A DNA stretch of 64,000 nucleotides from Calcarisporiella thermophila CBS 279.70 (lineage: Eukaryota > Fungi > Calcarisporiellomycota). The position numbers were made by a program, and so were the translations under genes. A model generated the notes under the pieces. The model had not been told where the DNA came from, ran no database searches, and saw only the letters and a list, made by a program, of their open reading frames with translations. This document shows positions 13,360 to 26,343 of this stretch, piece by piece; positions within the stretch are counted from its first letter, which is position 1, and each line of letters opens with the position of its first letter. The DNA lies in the NCBI RefSeq assembly GCF_041956535.1, contig NW_027192221.1, positions 62,001 to 126,000 on the forward strand, read 5' to 3'.

Positions 13360-14667
13360 TTAGTTAGGTGAGGAACTCCTCTCCTCTTCCTTTGCTGACA
13401 AGATAAATTCATCTATGATGTCGCCATCCACCTCGAAAGTTCGCCATCTCAGAGTGTTATCCTTTGGCTCCATCTCCAAAATCACGTAATGGAAAGCAGC
13501 CTCGGTGACTTCATACATACCCCAGTTCTGTACTCTGTCAAAGTCCAGCGTCCCACCCGCCCCTCCGATAATTGCATACATAATCCCATTTCTTTGCCCA
13601 CGCTGATAATTGTGCTGATGGCCACTGATGACCAAATCAACCCCATGTTCTTCAAACATTGGGACAAACCGATCGCGCACAAACTGACCCCAGGAAGACT
13701 CGCCTTGGTTAAACCAAGTTTCAGGATCCCAGAATTCGATATAGGGTGGTATATGTGTCACCACAATGCGGAATGTAGCTCGGCGGGAGGCGGGAGAAGC
13801 AAGTTCCTGAGCAAGAAACTTGTCTTGCGCCGGGGAATCGATGTTACTATCCAGCACAATCCAGCGCATTCCTCCGGTTCCGTCGGGGTTACCACCCATG
13901 GTAAAGGCATACCAGGGTTCGCGTGGGATGGTCGATGACCGCGTGTACGCATATATCCAATCCGGATCTTGATCGTGATTTCCGTGTGCATATATCAATG
14001 GTACCCGCTGACCCAATCCTACGTGTGCAAGCGGTGCAAAGAAGTCGGTTTGCCACTGCTGCAGATTCTCAAAATCTTGCACAGCATCTCCAGCATGGAG
14101 CATGTAGTCGATGTGTTGATGTCGAACCACCTCTCGCAGTACACGTGAGTACGTTTTCAGACCGAATTGGTTGTCCGATACTGCCGCGATGCGCAGCGTT
14201 GAATTGTTGCCTTTTGGATGCGTAAGCGAGTACTGGCGAAGAAGCCTAGTCGTGCTTTCTGCCTCATTGACCACCCCGATCTGATATATATGCTGCCCTT
14301 CACTGAGCGGGCCCAATACGGTTTTGTAGACATAATGCCGGTCGTCCACCTTAATCTCTTCAACCTTCCCTTCCAAAATTTTCTCTCCATCTTTCCAAAA
14401 AACGCGAATGGTCTCTCCGGGAACCGGACACGACATCTCAAACATCAATTCGATATTCCAAGTATCTCGCACAAATAAAGTGGGCTCTTTACGCAGGTAT
14501 CCACATTGAAGATAGTGATCCGCGAGCTGATTTTGTAGCTTGAAACCAGCCATTAGGTAGATATTATAAATATATTCCCAAGAGATAAGAAGAAGCACGA
14601 TGATAACAAGAATGGGGAAAAGGAAGCGGAGAAGGCGGCGCCTTCTGCGTATAAAGATGGGTTTCAT
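13360..14667 (-). CDS. Calcineurin-like metallophosphoesterase (PAP-like), type II membrane anchor, intronless
   Basis: Metal motifs SDNQ, HAGD, GNHD, TH and SGHQH; N-terminal RRRRR followed by a hydrophobic helix. Confidence 0.88.
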   Translation of the reverse strand: MKPIFIRRRRRLLRFLFPILVIIVLLLISWEYIYNIYLMAGFKLQNQLADHYLQCGYLRKEPTLFVRDTWNIELMFEMSCPVPGETIRVFWKDGEKILEGKVEEIKVDDRHYVYKTVLGPLSEGQHIYQIGVVNEAESTTRLLRQYSLTHPKGNNSTLRIAAVSDNQFGLKTYSRVLREVVRHQHIDYMLHAGDAVQDFENLQQWQTDFFAPLAHVGLGQRVPLIYAHGNHDQDPDWIYAYTRSSTIPREPWYAFTMGGNPDGTGGMRWIVLDSNIDSPAQDKFLAQELASPASRRATFRIVVTHIPPYIEFWDPETWFNQGESSWGQFVRDRFVPMFEEHGVDLVISGHQHNYQRGQRNGIMYAIIGGAGGTLDFDRVQNWGMYEVTEAAFHYVILEMEPKDNTLRWRTFEVDGDIIDEFILSAKEEERSSSPN

Positions 14668-14831
14668 TAGCCCCTAGCTTTTCATACCTAAGGCTCAAAT
14701 GAAGAGGTCTAGCAACTGTTTAAATGAATTGAATTTGAATTGTGGCGTAGCCAAGTCAAAAGTACAGATCCTATGTACAGGTATATTATTCAAGGAATGC
14801 AGATAAACTTAGGTGTAAGTATATTGGCCAT

Positions 14832-16484
14832 TCATTCTTCATCATCACTACCCCCAAATCCAAATGAAAATGACGCAGCTTTATCCCCTTCCTGAATCCC
14901 TTTCAATTTATCCCACCACCCACCCTCCCTTTTGTTCGCTCTGGCTTTAAGCCGGCGTTCCTCTTCCTCTCGTTCAATACGAGCCAACAGGTCTGGATAA
15001 ACTACCTGTAATTTCTCCCGAAATTCTTCGTATAGACCCTCCCTCCTCTCCACTGGCACACCTGATACCTGGTCTCGCTTTTCTGATAGGAATCGCAGCA
15101 CACTTCCAAGGTTTTGGCTCCCGACATAATTCTGAGTCACCGCCACACTCTCCTCCAAGTTGACTACCAAATGCCACCACCCGCATGGAACGAACATAAT
15201 TTCCCCTGCCCTACACACTGCTTGAACGGGCCTCTGATCAGGAGGACAACGGGAGGGAAGTGTCTGCTCATAAAAGTTCAGGAACCACTCCGCAATTGAA
15301 ACGGGCGATGTGACTTCGGATTCATCTGGGGATGTGAACACACCGGGCGGAAGTTGATGCGGGGGATACATGATCCAGAGTTTGGCACCTGTAAGAACGG
15401 CATTCCATGCAGAGGTGGAGTTGGGATCTTTGTGAAAAGTAGAACCTAAAGATTCGGCAGAAGCATTAGCTCGATTCTACAGTATAAAGCAAGATTGGGG
15501 AAGAGGGGATGGAAAGGATTTTTTTTATGTGGAAATAACGAAATGTGTGCAAAACTACAGATATCAATATACTTTACCACTTCTTGCAGGACCTACTATG
15601 ATCCATCGCCAATCGGGGCGTTTCTCCCCGAGCACTGCAAACAGATCTTCTGCAAAGTATGCAGGGACTTCAAAATCCTCTGCCATGCCCTTGCAATTTT
15701 CACAGAATCGCTTATCAAAGAGGTATAGAGGGCTCTCATCTGCAGTCGTGTCCGCATATTTGAAATATTCTCTTAGAGTGATGTCGATAGCTTCGGCTCG
15801 GAATTTGATATCCCCGTAGCGGGTGAGAAGGCTGGATTTTGTCCAGGAGGAGTTCTGGAACGCAGGCCACTGCGGGACAACATCGGTGAGGATGACAGGC
15901 TTATTCGGGAGCTCATATTTCTCTCGAAATTCTTCAAGAGAAAGGTTGGCGCGGCGTTCAATCCCATGCTCGAAATGAGCATAGGGGGTAAGATCTAGCG
16001 AGGTGCACCGGAATGGATGATATAGAGTGTCTGAATAAAACCGGTCAATAGCCAATGGCACTCCCCCATAGTCAATACCAAAAACCTTCTTCAGATAAGT
16101 GGTTCGCCAACTACCGCACCATTCGAATTCGCCACCCAATTCATCAATCGTTCTATTTCTCCACCCCTCTTCATGCATCGAGAAAATATACAAAGCTTTG
16201 CTCACATAGGAAAGTACAACTACAGTGCGAGCCGGGAGCAAGGAGACTATTTCTAGTACTGTGTCATCAGAAAGCTGTGCGAGTACTCCCAGTCCCGGAG
16301 TACGCCGTTCACCAGGAAAATTGGGAGACGTGGAATCGAGAAGATAATTCCCCCAGGGTTTGATACCAAGAGGATGTCGTGCGAGAGTTGATGGTGCAAG
16401 TCGTTTAGGGGTGGCTGGTTTCGCTAGAGGCGAAGCTAAGGCATCCTGATAGGGACGCTTTTTATTTATTGAATCATTCACCAT
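14832..16484 (-). CDS. F-box + JmjC domain protein (JMJD6-like 2OG oxygenase)
   Basis: F-box-like LSDDTVLEIVSLL..LSYVSK. JmjC RWIIVGPARSG|STFHKDPNSTSAWN (HxD) and PCGWWHLVVNLE. One intron at ~15447-15572. Confidence 0.9.
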
Positions 16485-16815
16485 TTCCTCTATAACTTTG
16501 TAGGAGTGCTTTGTCGCTAGGACAAAGGTTATATTTTAAAAAGCAGTCACTCTGTATTTATATCTGTGACTTCGTATCATAGTACGATCGAACAAACATC
16601 CACACCCAAGTGTGGATTGGAAAAAGTATGTATTAATAGTAAGATGTTTATATAATAAGGTGAGGGGAAGGAAAGAGAAAAATTCAGAACTAAGCTAAAA
16701 AAAAAAAGAAAAAAGTTGAAGCGGGAATGGAGCCTATATCAAGAAAGGAGGAGAAAATTACTGAACAAAATAAAAGATAAAGAGATTTAACAAGAGATTG
16801 AAGGAAATTATATGG

Positions 16816-19800
16816 CTATTTTGACGCGGACGGCAACACAGATCGCATATAATTGCTGGGGAACAACCCCCTCTTTCGCTCAGTACCCGAGGGTGAGTTC
16901 ACAACCTCTCCCTCCCACCAACCATCGGGCTGTTTTTCATATAGAGCAAGCACATCTCCCCGCTTGAACGAGATCTCCACGGGAATCGCCGCCTCGTAAT
17001 CCCAGAGTGCCTGCACGTAGCCAAGCACCTGTTTTTGTTCACTTCCTCGGGATTCATTTGTATGTGAAGAGGCAGGTGTTTGTGGGCCATCTTGAGGCGA
17101 TGCGTTAGGAGTGGCGGTATCAGCGTTGGCATTTTGCACTGGAGAAGGTTGCTTCGGCGGAATATTGGGCCCTTCAGTAGACCGCGGTGTTCCGGTAGGA
17201 GAGGGTCTTTCTGGGTTAGGGGTAGATGTTTTTGGTTGAGGGGTGGATCCAATTGGACGATCCATGATCATCTCGACTGGGTGCATAGAGTTGCGAGCTC
17301 TACTTGCACTCGCGCCTAAAGACGGCACTCCCTCTGTCATATCCATGCTGTATCTCCTCGGTTTATTGATCTGAGAATACTGTCCCATCATTGGCTGTAT
17401 CGGTTGCTTCAGAGGTTGCTGTAAGTGATGCAGTTGTTGTTGGCTTGATAGTTGCTGCTGCTGTTGTTGTTGCTGTTGTCTTTTCGCCAATGTCTTATCT
17501 TCCTTTGCTTTTTTCTTTTTCTCCTTTTCGTCCTCTTTATATTTTTTGTCCTTCCCACTGTCAACACCAAGCATGCTCTTGAAAAAGGATACGCCCTTAC
17601 TTTTCCTTCCGTCCTTTCCTGAGGGCTGGATTTTCTGCTGAGGATGCTCGGCTGAATTGCGTGACAATCCGGCTTCATCTTTCAGAGAACTGCTGGCCGA
17701 TCCATGAGGACTTTGCTGGAAGGGTGGGCTTTGTGCGTGCCAGGTTTCAGGCGGTGGAGAAGGATGCATTCCCGGTCCCATTGGGTGTGGGCCTGTAGCG
17801 ATCATTGGATAACCGGGCACACCTTGCGACTTCACCCACATCGTATTGGGGGGATGGGCATATCCTTGTGGAGCTCCGGGCGGCCTTGCATAGAATACTG
17901 GTTGACCATGTTGTTGGCCAGGTGCAGGATAAGCTCCCATTCCAGGCGGCACCATGACCGGTCCCATTTGATTCGGGGGAACCATATGGAATGTTGGCCT
18001 CTGCCCTTGCTGGTGTGTGTATGGGGGTGTGACGGACGGATTCGGAACGAAGGGAGAAGAGAGCACAACAGTTTTTACATCCTCCTGTGGGCTGAGTGTA
18101 TGGACTTCTTCTTTGTTGGAGTCGACGTCCAACGGGCGTGGTGCTGCGCTGGCAGATTCGGCAGGAGGCGTGGAAGAGGTGCGAGCATTGGAGTGGGTCG
18201 TAGGTTCAAAAGCGGAAGCTGGAGATGATTTCAGAGGCTCGCCATAAGTTGAAAGATTGTGCTGAGGAGAGGACATACGTTCAACTGAGGAGGGAATGGC
18301 TGATACTAGTTCAGAAGCAGTGCCTTGCTTTACCCCATCTTCTCCACTAAGCTTGGCATCGCCGGTGACTCCTTTTTCATGACCATTTAGCTTCTCGGCC
18401 GCACTATTATCGGATAGCGGGGGAGGCAAAGGAGGCAGATCCTTCTCGTTCTCTCCCTCATCTTTAACCTCTCTGCTATAACCTGCAATCTCGTTCGATG
18501 TGCGCCCGAAATTAAGCAGTTTCTTTTTGAATATATCTTTCTTATGTTGCGACTTATTCGGTAGGCCTGTGTCTACGTCCTCTTCCGGGAACCGTGCGGA
18601 AGTCGGAGATTTTACTGCTTTTTCATCGCTCCCGAATATTGGCATGCTGGCGCGCAGTGAGGAAGTAGCTTTATTGCCGTATTCATAAGAATAGTTCTCG
18701 GATCCAGGACGGGAGGATTGAAGTTTTGGACGCGTGGCGCCTGCTGGAACATCACTACTCCCTGTCTCAAACAGCGACCGTGAACCATTTTCCTGCTTCG
18801 TTGCTGTTTCATGTGAAGGGCCAACGTATTCTACTGCGACCACGGTTCCACTAGGAGTGAGCCCTACTGCCTCCTGTAGACCCGTTCCCTTGCTGGCACG
18901 CAAATTATCGAACCCTATTTTCTCTCCTGCATCATTTGTAAGGCCTCTATTAGCACTGGGGGCTTGAATATCTACCGAATTTGTGCGTGGTGGATTTCCC
19001 CTCAAAAGATTACTAAGCATACTTTCTACGTCCATAAAATTATCAAGCTCGCTTCCAGAAGTTGTGTCGTTTAGTGTCTGAGGCTCCTTCATCTTCGACT
19101 GATTGGGACTAGTGACACCCTCCAACTTGCTGCTTACGTTTGGTAAAGCGTTGGCAGTATTTTGGACCGCTTCCGAAATGGGGACATTCTCGGGATCAAC
19201 TCTTTTTTGCGTTTGCAATGGGATGTTATTTTCATTGTCAGGGCCCACTGTCACCTCTTTCTTAGCAGAGACGGTGTTGATAGACTCCTCGACTACTTGA
19301 GATAACGGACGTGAACCAATAGTTTTCCGTTTGTAGCTCAAAAGCTCATCGTGCTTTTCATTTTTCTTGTAGACAATTGGTTCTATTAGCATTCAAGGGA
19401 AGTGTTAATTAGCTTTGGGACAGGCTGAACAACCGCAGCTTTCGAAATACCTGGGACTGTCATTCCTGTTCCTTTTTCAAGGATAAAGGTGTTCAGATCG
19501 GCATGAACGTTGCATTTTTCAAGTGCTTTGCGAACGGATTCTGCTGTCTATCGGATTAGAATTCAAAAAAAAAAATAAGTCGTAGTCAATTAGAAAAGTA
19601 AATTCGAGGGTCAAGGTAACTGCTGATAAATATCTTACTTCATCTGTAGTAACACATAGAGCGGATATTAAATTTGCAAACTCCCACACAAAGTTGTGAA
19701 TACGCTCTAGCCGAGTCTCTTCCATCTTTTGTATTTTCTAAGGTAAAGGAGCACAACTGAGCACACTTGAAGAAAACTGAGGCAGATTGTAAGCATATTT

Positions 19801-21047
19801 ACATCACACGCTCTAATCCAATCCGAATTCCACTTCTCCGTCATTCCTTGGGCCGTCTTGCAAGCTTGGCTATACTCCCGGTCTTAAAATAATACAAGGT
19901 TAAGAACAAATCCACAGCAGAACGAATTAGTCCTATCGCTTACCCGCCACAATTGTATCATATTCGGCGATGTCTATTTCTTCATTATCCTTTAGAAAAC
20001 AAGACTATTAGATAAAGCATCTTCAGGATCCTCAATCAAATTATCGAACCATGTTGTTATCTTGTGTCGAATTTGGCTGACGAGATTTCAAGCCTTTTAA
20101 TTTATTAAACTCTTTTTCATATGTTTCCTGAGCCTATGCGGAACAAGCAAAGGGATGATACTTGAGCCAATGGGCTGAATAACGGAATTTCGACGTTTGT
20201 TTTTACCTTCAATGCGCTCGTATGGTATAGCTGCTTCAACTGGAAAGAGCTCTCCACTTGAGCTTGTTGCTATTCACCGGCAAAGCATTATAAGAAAATG
20301 CAATTCTGGGGGACAACCTAACACAAATAGCTTACTGTTTCACGCTGGCTCTTTAATTCTGTAATAAAAGCGGCTAGTGGGTCGTGTAAAGCACTTCGTA
20401 ACTTAGCGGCGAGTTGAATATGGGCTTTGGCGTCACTCTCAATAAAATTCAAGGTGGTAACTAGGCCCTCTCGGATAGATCTAACGTATCATGATGTAAT
20501 CTATATATTAATATCTATCTCCAAGATGTGCCTTTCTTCTTTTCTGCATACCCTATTTCTTCTTTGGCAAGGGGTATTCTCGCCAGCTGAAATTTAGGAA
20601 AAAAAAAAGATATTTATGATTATTTTAATTTGATATAGATTAGAACAGTATCAGATCTTAACCTTTAGCATTTGTTCCCCATAAGATTCCTCGATTTCCG
20701 CTCTATACAAGTACAATTATTCCATTAGCCTAAGATTCTTTATCTTATCATGCAATTAAATAGTCCTTTTACCTGGTATAGAGCATCTGCTTCAGATACT
20801 CACAAGTTTGCTCGCCGCACCTTAAACGATCGAAGAGTGCTCGTTTGCCAGAGTCATCATCGCTCTAAATCCAAATCCAAATGCAAACATTCAGCATGGA
20901 AGCCATTAATGCAAGAGTGGCCTCAGCCTCATTGCCAGAGCAACTCTATTATGTGCTAAAAAAAGAATGAAATGCTACACTTACCCAGAAATTGGTAGAG
21001 AACTCTCCAGCAATCCCCGTTATATATCCTGCACGCGTATCACTCAT
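16816..21047 (-). CDS. F-BAR + SH3 cytokinesis protein (Cdc15/Imp2/Hof1 family), many small 5' exons
   Basis: MSDT..FSTNFW|SDDDSG..|RAEIEESYGEQMLK|LAR.. and QKMEETRLERIHNFVWEFANLISALCVTTDE (F-BAR), then a long disordered linker and a C-terminal SH3 (ALWDYEA..GWWEG..GLFPSNY). Confidence 0.88.
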
Positions 21048-21299
21048 TATTACTTTGATTCTAATGAAATCTAATACATTCGTATATTTCTTAAAAGCTT
21101 GTCAGAGAGCCAGAAAAAGAAAAAGCAAAAGAGAAGAAATGACTCTCCAAATGAGTCCAGCCACACGGTGGAAAGAAAATGGTTTCACAACATGTAGTAT
21201 GCCACAGCTTATATTAGGAATTGATGGGCGAACAAATTATAAGATTCTGGCACAGCAAGCAATTCAATCGAATTGTTTCTGCATAAGACCACTTTAGGA

Positions 21300-22938
21300 T
21301 TAAGCTAAATTGGTTTTCAAATCTATTATCTCATGGACAACTTCATCTGCCTTCTGCTCGTCTGTTTCCTTTTCGGCTATCTCTCCCTTCTCCTGTTCTC
21401 GATGTTGCTTTAGCCGCTTCTCCACGTCTAGCCATTCAAAATATCCACATGTGCGATCTTGTTGTGCCCCGCCCGAATAGCAGGCATAAAAATATCGCCC
21501 CAAAGTCTGCTCTTGCTTCTGTACTACCCGTAGTACACACGAAATGCCACAATGGCATCGAGGGGTATACCGGGGACTGAACTCTGGGCGATAGGATCGA
21601 AACGTGATGTTGATGCCTATTCAAAAAAGCTCGGTGAGCCCAATAAGAATCGATTCTAGATTATCTAATGCGTAAAGTAATTACGTGTGCTCCCAGAGAC
21701 TGGATGCAGCTCAATCGTTCTCTGTGAGGGAACTTCGTGCCGAAACTCTTCTTGCGTGGGGGGATGCATTATAAGAATTGAGTTGTGCGGTAAAGGGATA
21801 CTATAAAGCTGGCCTGGCTTTTCATTGCCAGTAGAATCACTTAGTGGCATACGACGCAACCGGAACTGGCGCGTAACACCGAGCGAAAGGCTGACAATAA
21901 TTGGGCGAGGGCCAAGGTAGGTAAGCTGAAATACAATTAGATTAATGTCTGGGAGATTATATCAAAACGAGTACGCGCGTTGTTGTAATTACCTTATCTT
22001 TACGTGAAGAGTAGTGTAGAAATGCACGAGAAAATTAATCTATCTATATGATTAATAAATCCAACATAAATAGTCCTACCGCTATGCCATCCTACGCTTT
22101 CTTTTGACGATGCATAGCTATTTCCTATTGCCACATTCGGAATCCATTCCCCTTGAATCTCGAATGGATGGCGGTCGCGATATGATAACCGTTCATTCAC
22201 TATGTGTTGCACTATTTTGCGTGCTTCTTCAAGAAGCGGGGGAAAACAACGCGGCTTCTCAGTCTTAAATCCATTGTAATAATAATCTTGTCCCTCTTCG
22301 TATCCATAGTCTGTAGTATTAGCATAATAAAATGAAGTGGTGTGTGGCGATGTCACTTCACGCTCGAAGAGCCTAAAGTTAAAGCAAATCGAAGAACCAA
22401 TACACGTGAGGGGTCATGCAATTTTATAACATTGGAATCAAATGGTGACTCACCACCATTGGTTTCGTCCCCATTGCTTTGCTTCTTCTAACATCTCTAG
22501 TAATAGTTCATTAGCAAAGGAAGGAGACAAAGCATTTAATAACAATTCGCACGGGGTGTGTTCAGCAACGTGTTCTGGCTTCACAAGAAATTTAGCATGC
22601 GAAATGGTTTTTTTCATCTTATCCCCTTGGCTTGTCCAAGGTTGTAAGGTTTCATTGAGTGTGCGCATGGGTTTCGAGGAAGAAGAAGGAGAAGTGATAG
22701 CAGGAACAGGAGCAGGAATGTGATGAACTGGTTTTTTAACAAATTCGTTAAGCCGCATTTGTCGCTGTTTCTTGCGCTTTGGAGAGAGAGAACTATCACA
22801 TAGAATTGCAGCGGCTTCATTGACATCACCGTTTGCCCACCGGAGCGCACATTCAAGCTTTGACATGGGGACATTTTCAAAAAGGGTGCTAAGAGAAGCA
22901 AGTTTGGCGTCGAAATTTGGGCCATTCGGTAAGGTCAT
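21300..22938 (-). CDS. CUE/UBA-like + AlkB-type 2OG-Fe(II) dioxygenase + GRF zinc finger protein
   Basis: CUE-like LSTLF..ALRWANGDVNEAAAIL. AlkB VGWHS-DK-LTYLGPRPIIVSLSLG, FRHEVP and RINITFR. zf-GRF CHCG..GRYFYAC..CGYFEW. Confidence 0.88.
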
Positions 22939-23620
22939 TATGAGTGCTTGGTTAAAGACAGAACACGTAATTTGACTCTTATTTCCTAATTAATTAAATG
23001 ACGCAGTATAGATTATAAATGAAAAAATAGGTGGAAATGCGATGCTAAGGCAGATTGTTCAAAAAGAGTGTAGAGACAAAATATGGATTTCCGGCGATTA
23101 GATCAAACACAAGCCCACATACCCTGAAAGATTTATCGCAGATTCTTAACCCTCTACTTAATATGCTATTCTTTTTGATATTTTATTAATGATACTACAA
23201 ACAAGCTCGATTTTGGCACTGAAGTAGCAGATTACATCCCGCGGTCGCTCCCCCTTGGACACTTACCTCTAAGCAAAAAAGTGAATTTCCATTTTACGCA
23301 TTCTTTGGAATTCTGTACAAAAAATTAGTTCGAATTTGCGTCCTTTCTATGTAATTGTTATGGAATTGTGAAGCTTAAAACAATTTCGACAAAATAATTC
23401 GGCAATATAGAAAAAATAATACTTTAAAGAGAGAAACATAAGCTGTTGCTTATAAAATTCAAAAATTCTTTAATGACCATAAAGAAATACAAGGATTAAA
23501 GAGCGGCTAAGGCAAAAATACCGAGTAAATTCGATCAACGGTTATCAAATAGATAAACGCGGCAATTTGAAATATAGAAAAATCTTAAATAAACTAATAA
23601 ATCAATGTTATTTTTTTTCC

Positions 23621-25492
23621 CTAATAGCGGTTAATATCAAATCGCGTGCAGCACTTTTCATACTTGGGAGGTATCCGCGCCTTTGTGGCTTGTTCGAAAG
23701 CATATGCAACCTGTAATAGAGTATCTTCACGCAATGATCCGCTGACGAAGGCAAGCCCAAAAGGCAACCCATCCTTGTCAAGAGCAAGTGGTACGCTAAT
23801 AACAGGGTATCCCGCCACTGCCGATGGTTTCGGGAATGGAATGGGACGTATTTCTCCTTTCGGCCCAAATCCTGAAGTCGGCAGAACAAGCACGTCAACT
23901 CCATATTTGTTCATCAATGTGTCGATTCCATTCTCTCCATCGCGAAACCTTTTGTGTCCACTAGCGAGCGCAGATTGATACTTTGGGTCCTCTATTCCTG
24001 TGGAGTTTTGGGCCAATACAAAAAGCTCCTGTCCAAACAACAGCATCTCTTTATCTTTGTGCTCTTCATTAAATGCAATTAAATCCGCGAGAGTATTGAC
24101 AGGTGTCAGCTCGAGCTCCGAGAGATACTTGTTCAGGTAATGCTTGAACTCAGAGACGGCAACGATTATTTCCGAATTATTTGGATCATTCCAAAATGTA
24201 GTTTTGTTGGCATAGAGATCAGCCAACTCTAGATCAGAAACTATATTGACCGGATCGAGAACAATGCCGCCCAACTCCTTCAGTTTAACGATTGCCCCCT
24301 CGAATATAGGTAATTCATCGCCCAGGGCAATCTTATCCCAGAACAAATTACGTGGAACTCCTATCTTGATGCCATGCAGATCTTTCTTGAGGAATTTAGT
24401 GTAATCTAGAAGACTTTTGTCCTTGACCAGCACAGTTGCCGGATCACGCTCGTCATACCCTGATATCACGCTCAGTATGAGAGCTGTATCTTCTACTGTG
24501 CGCGTCATAGGTCCAATGGAATCTAGAGAGTAGGCTACAGGAATGACTCCATCACGCGAGGTTAGACCAAGGGTAGGTTTAAATCCCACTATGTAGCTCC
24601 TTGCAGCTGGGTAAGTGATTGAGCCATCAGTATCAGTGCCGATCGCTGCAGCGGCAAGATTAGCTGCGACAGAAGTAGCACATCCCGAACTGGAGCCTGA
24701 AGGAGATGCGCTCAAAACATATGGGCTAACACATTGACCTCCACGTGCACTCCAGCCATCTCTAGACTGGGTGGAACGAAAGCTATGTGAGAAGAGCAAT
24801 AAAAAATAAATATGATGCAACATATAGTACCCCCAGGGAAATTTGCGTTACTTTGCCCATTCGGTAAGGTTGGTTTTCCCAAGAATAATGACACCTGCTT
24901 CACGTAGTTTATTAATGATAAATGCATCACGAGGTACTTTGGAGCCCAGCAGAGCAAAGGATCCAGCAGCTATATGCAACAATAAGTCAGGTATATTTCC
25001 ATACAAATAACACAATAAACCAAAATTACTTGTGTTCATGGAGTCTCTGGTTGCGATATTGTCTTTAACCAAAACTTTCAACAATAGTGGTTGTAATTCA
25101 CGGCATCAATATGCTACACATGGTTGAAATTTCCACCTACTTGGGATTCCATGCAGTGGTCCTCTAAGCCCCTTTTGCTCTCTTTCCTTATCCAATTGTT
25201 CGGCAATGTTCAGTGCATCCGCATTTACCTCGATAACTGAATGCAAATAAGGATCAATTGTTTCAATACGTTTAATGTAACACTCTGTCAATTGTTTCGC
25301 GGTGAGCTTTTTGTTGTTAAAAGCGTCCTGAAGAGCAAGTATATTTGTCTCTATGATGTTGATACCGCTGCAGGTGCCAAGATCTTGGTCAAGTTTGAAG
25401 ATGTCGGTATCCCTGGTAGTTGCTAAAGGGGAGCCATAATAAGGGGCGAAGAAAGCAGTGCTAATATATGCTAAATAAAGTATTTTAACCAT
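23621..25492 (-). CDS. Secreted amidase-signature family enzyme
   Basis: Signal peptide, GPLHGIP|ILVKDNI (catalytic Lys), LGKTNLTEWA, GSSSG and GTDTDGSI (Ser-cisSer-Lys triad), GLPFG. Confidence 0.93.
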
Positions 25493-25634
25493 GTTGATTC
25501 CAACGGTGATGACTAAGGGAAGTAGAGAGAAAAAAGAGGAAAGGCGATGGTATCAGAAAGGCTAAGTTTGGAGAAAAAGGTTTTATAGAATATACAAAAG
25601 AACGCCCAGAAAAGAATATTCTTCAAAACCAGCC

Positions 25635-26343
25635 CCCTACAAAAAACCCGCCTGGTGAAAACTGCTAGAAAGCGAATAGGAGCATGTAGAAAAGATGGAA
25701 GAGGTTCGCGATTCCCTAAATTTTTACAAACTTTTCACCCATTTTTCACGATATTAATAATGGGAGAGGAGTNNNNNNNNNNNNNNNNNNNNNNNNNNNN
25801 NNNNNNNNNNNNNNNNNNNNNNNNNNNNNNNNNNNNNNNNNNNNNNNNNNNNNNNNNNNNNNNNNNNNNNNNNNNNNNNNNNNNNNNNNNNNNNNNNNNN
25901 NNNNNNNNNNNNNNNNNNNNNNNNNNNNNNNNNNNNNNNNNNNNNNNNNNNNNNNNNNNNNNNNNNNNNNNNNNNNNNNNNNNNNNNNNNNNNNNNNNNN
26001 NNNNNNNNNNNNNNNNNNNNNNNNNNNNNNNNNNNNNNNNNNNNNNNNNNNNNNNNNNNNNNNNNNNNNNNNNNNNNNNNNNNNNNNNNNNNNNNNNNNN
26101 NNNNNNNNNNNNNNNNNNNNNNNNNNNNNNNNNNNNNNNNNNNNNNNNNNNNNNNNNNNNNNNNNNNNNNNNNNNNNNNNNNNNNNNNNNNNNNNNNNNN
26201 NNNNNNNNNNNNNNNNNNNNNNNNNNNNNNNNNNNNNNNNNNNNNNNNNNNNNNNNNNNNNNNNNNNNNNNNNNNNNNNNNNNNNNNNNNACATGCTCCT
26301 ATACATTTTCTAGCAGTTTTCACCAGACGGGTTTTTTGTAGGG
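25635..26343. mobile_element. TIR-bounded DNA transposon or MITE (CACTA/EnSpm-like ends); interior lost in the N gap
   Basis: 25635-25687 and 26291-26343 form a 53-bp inverted repeat with 4 mismatches. Ends read CCCTACAAAAAA. AGC flanks both ends (possible 3-bp TSD, ambiguous by one C). Confidence 0.65.
25773..26290. other. Assembly gap (N run)
   Basis: Run of N characters. Confidence 1.

Noticed and set aside
14832-25492. Secondary-metabolite cluster (two 2OG oxygenases, amidase, phosphatase)
   Set aside because: No backbone synthase, and the oxygenases belong to protein/nucleic-acid-modifying families.
25655-26341. Long ORFs across 25655-26341
   Set aside because: Artifacts of translating through the N gap.
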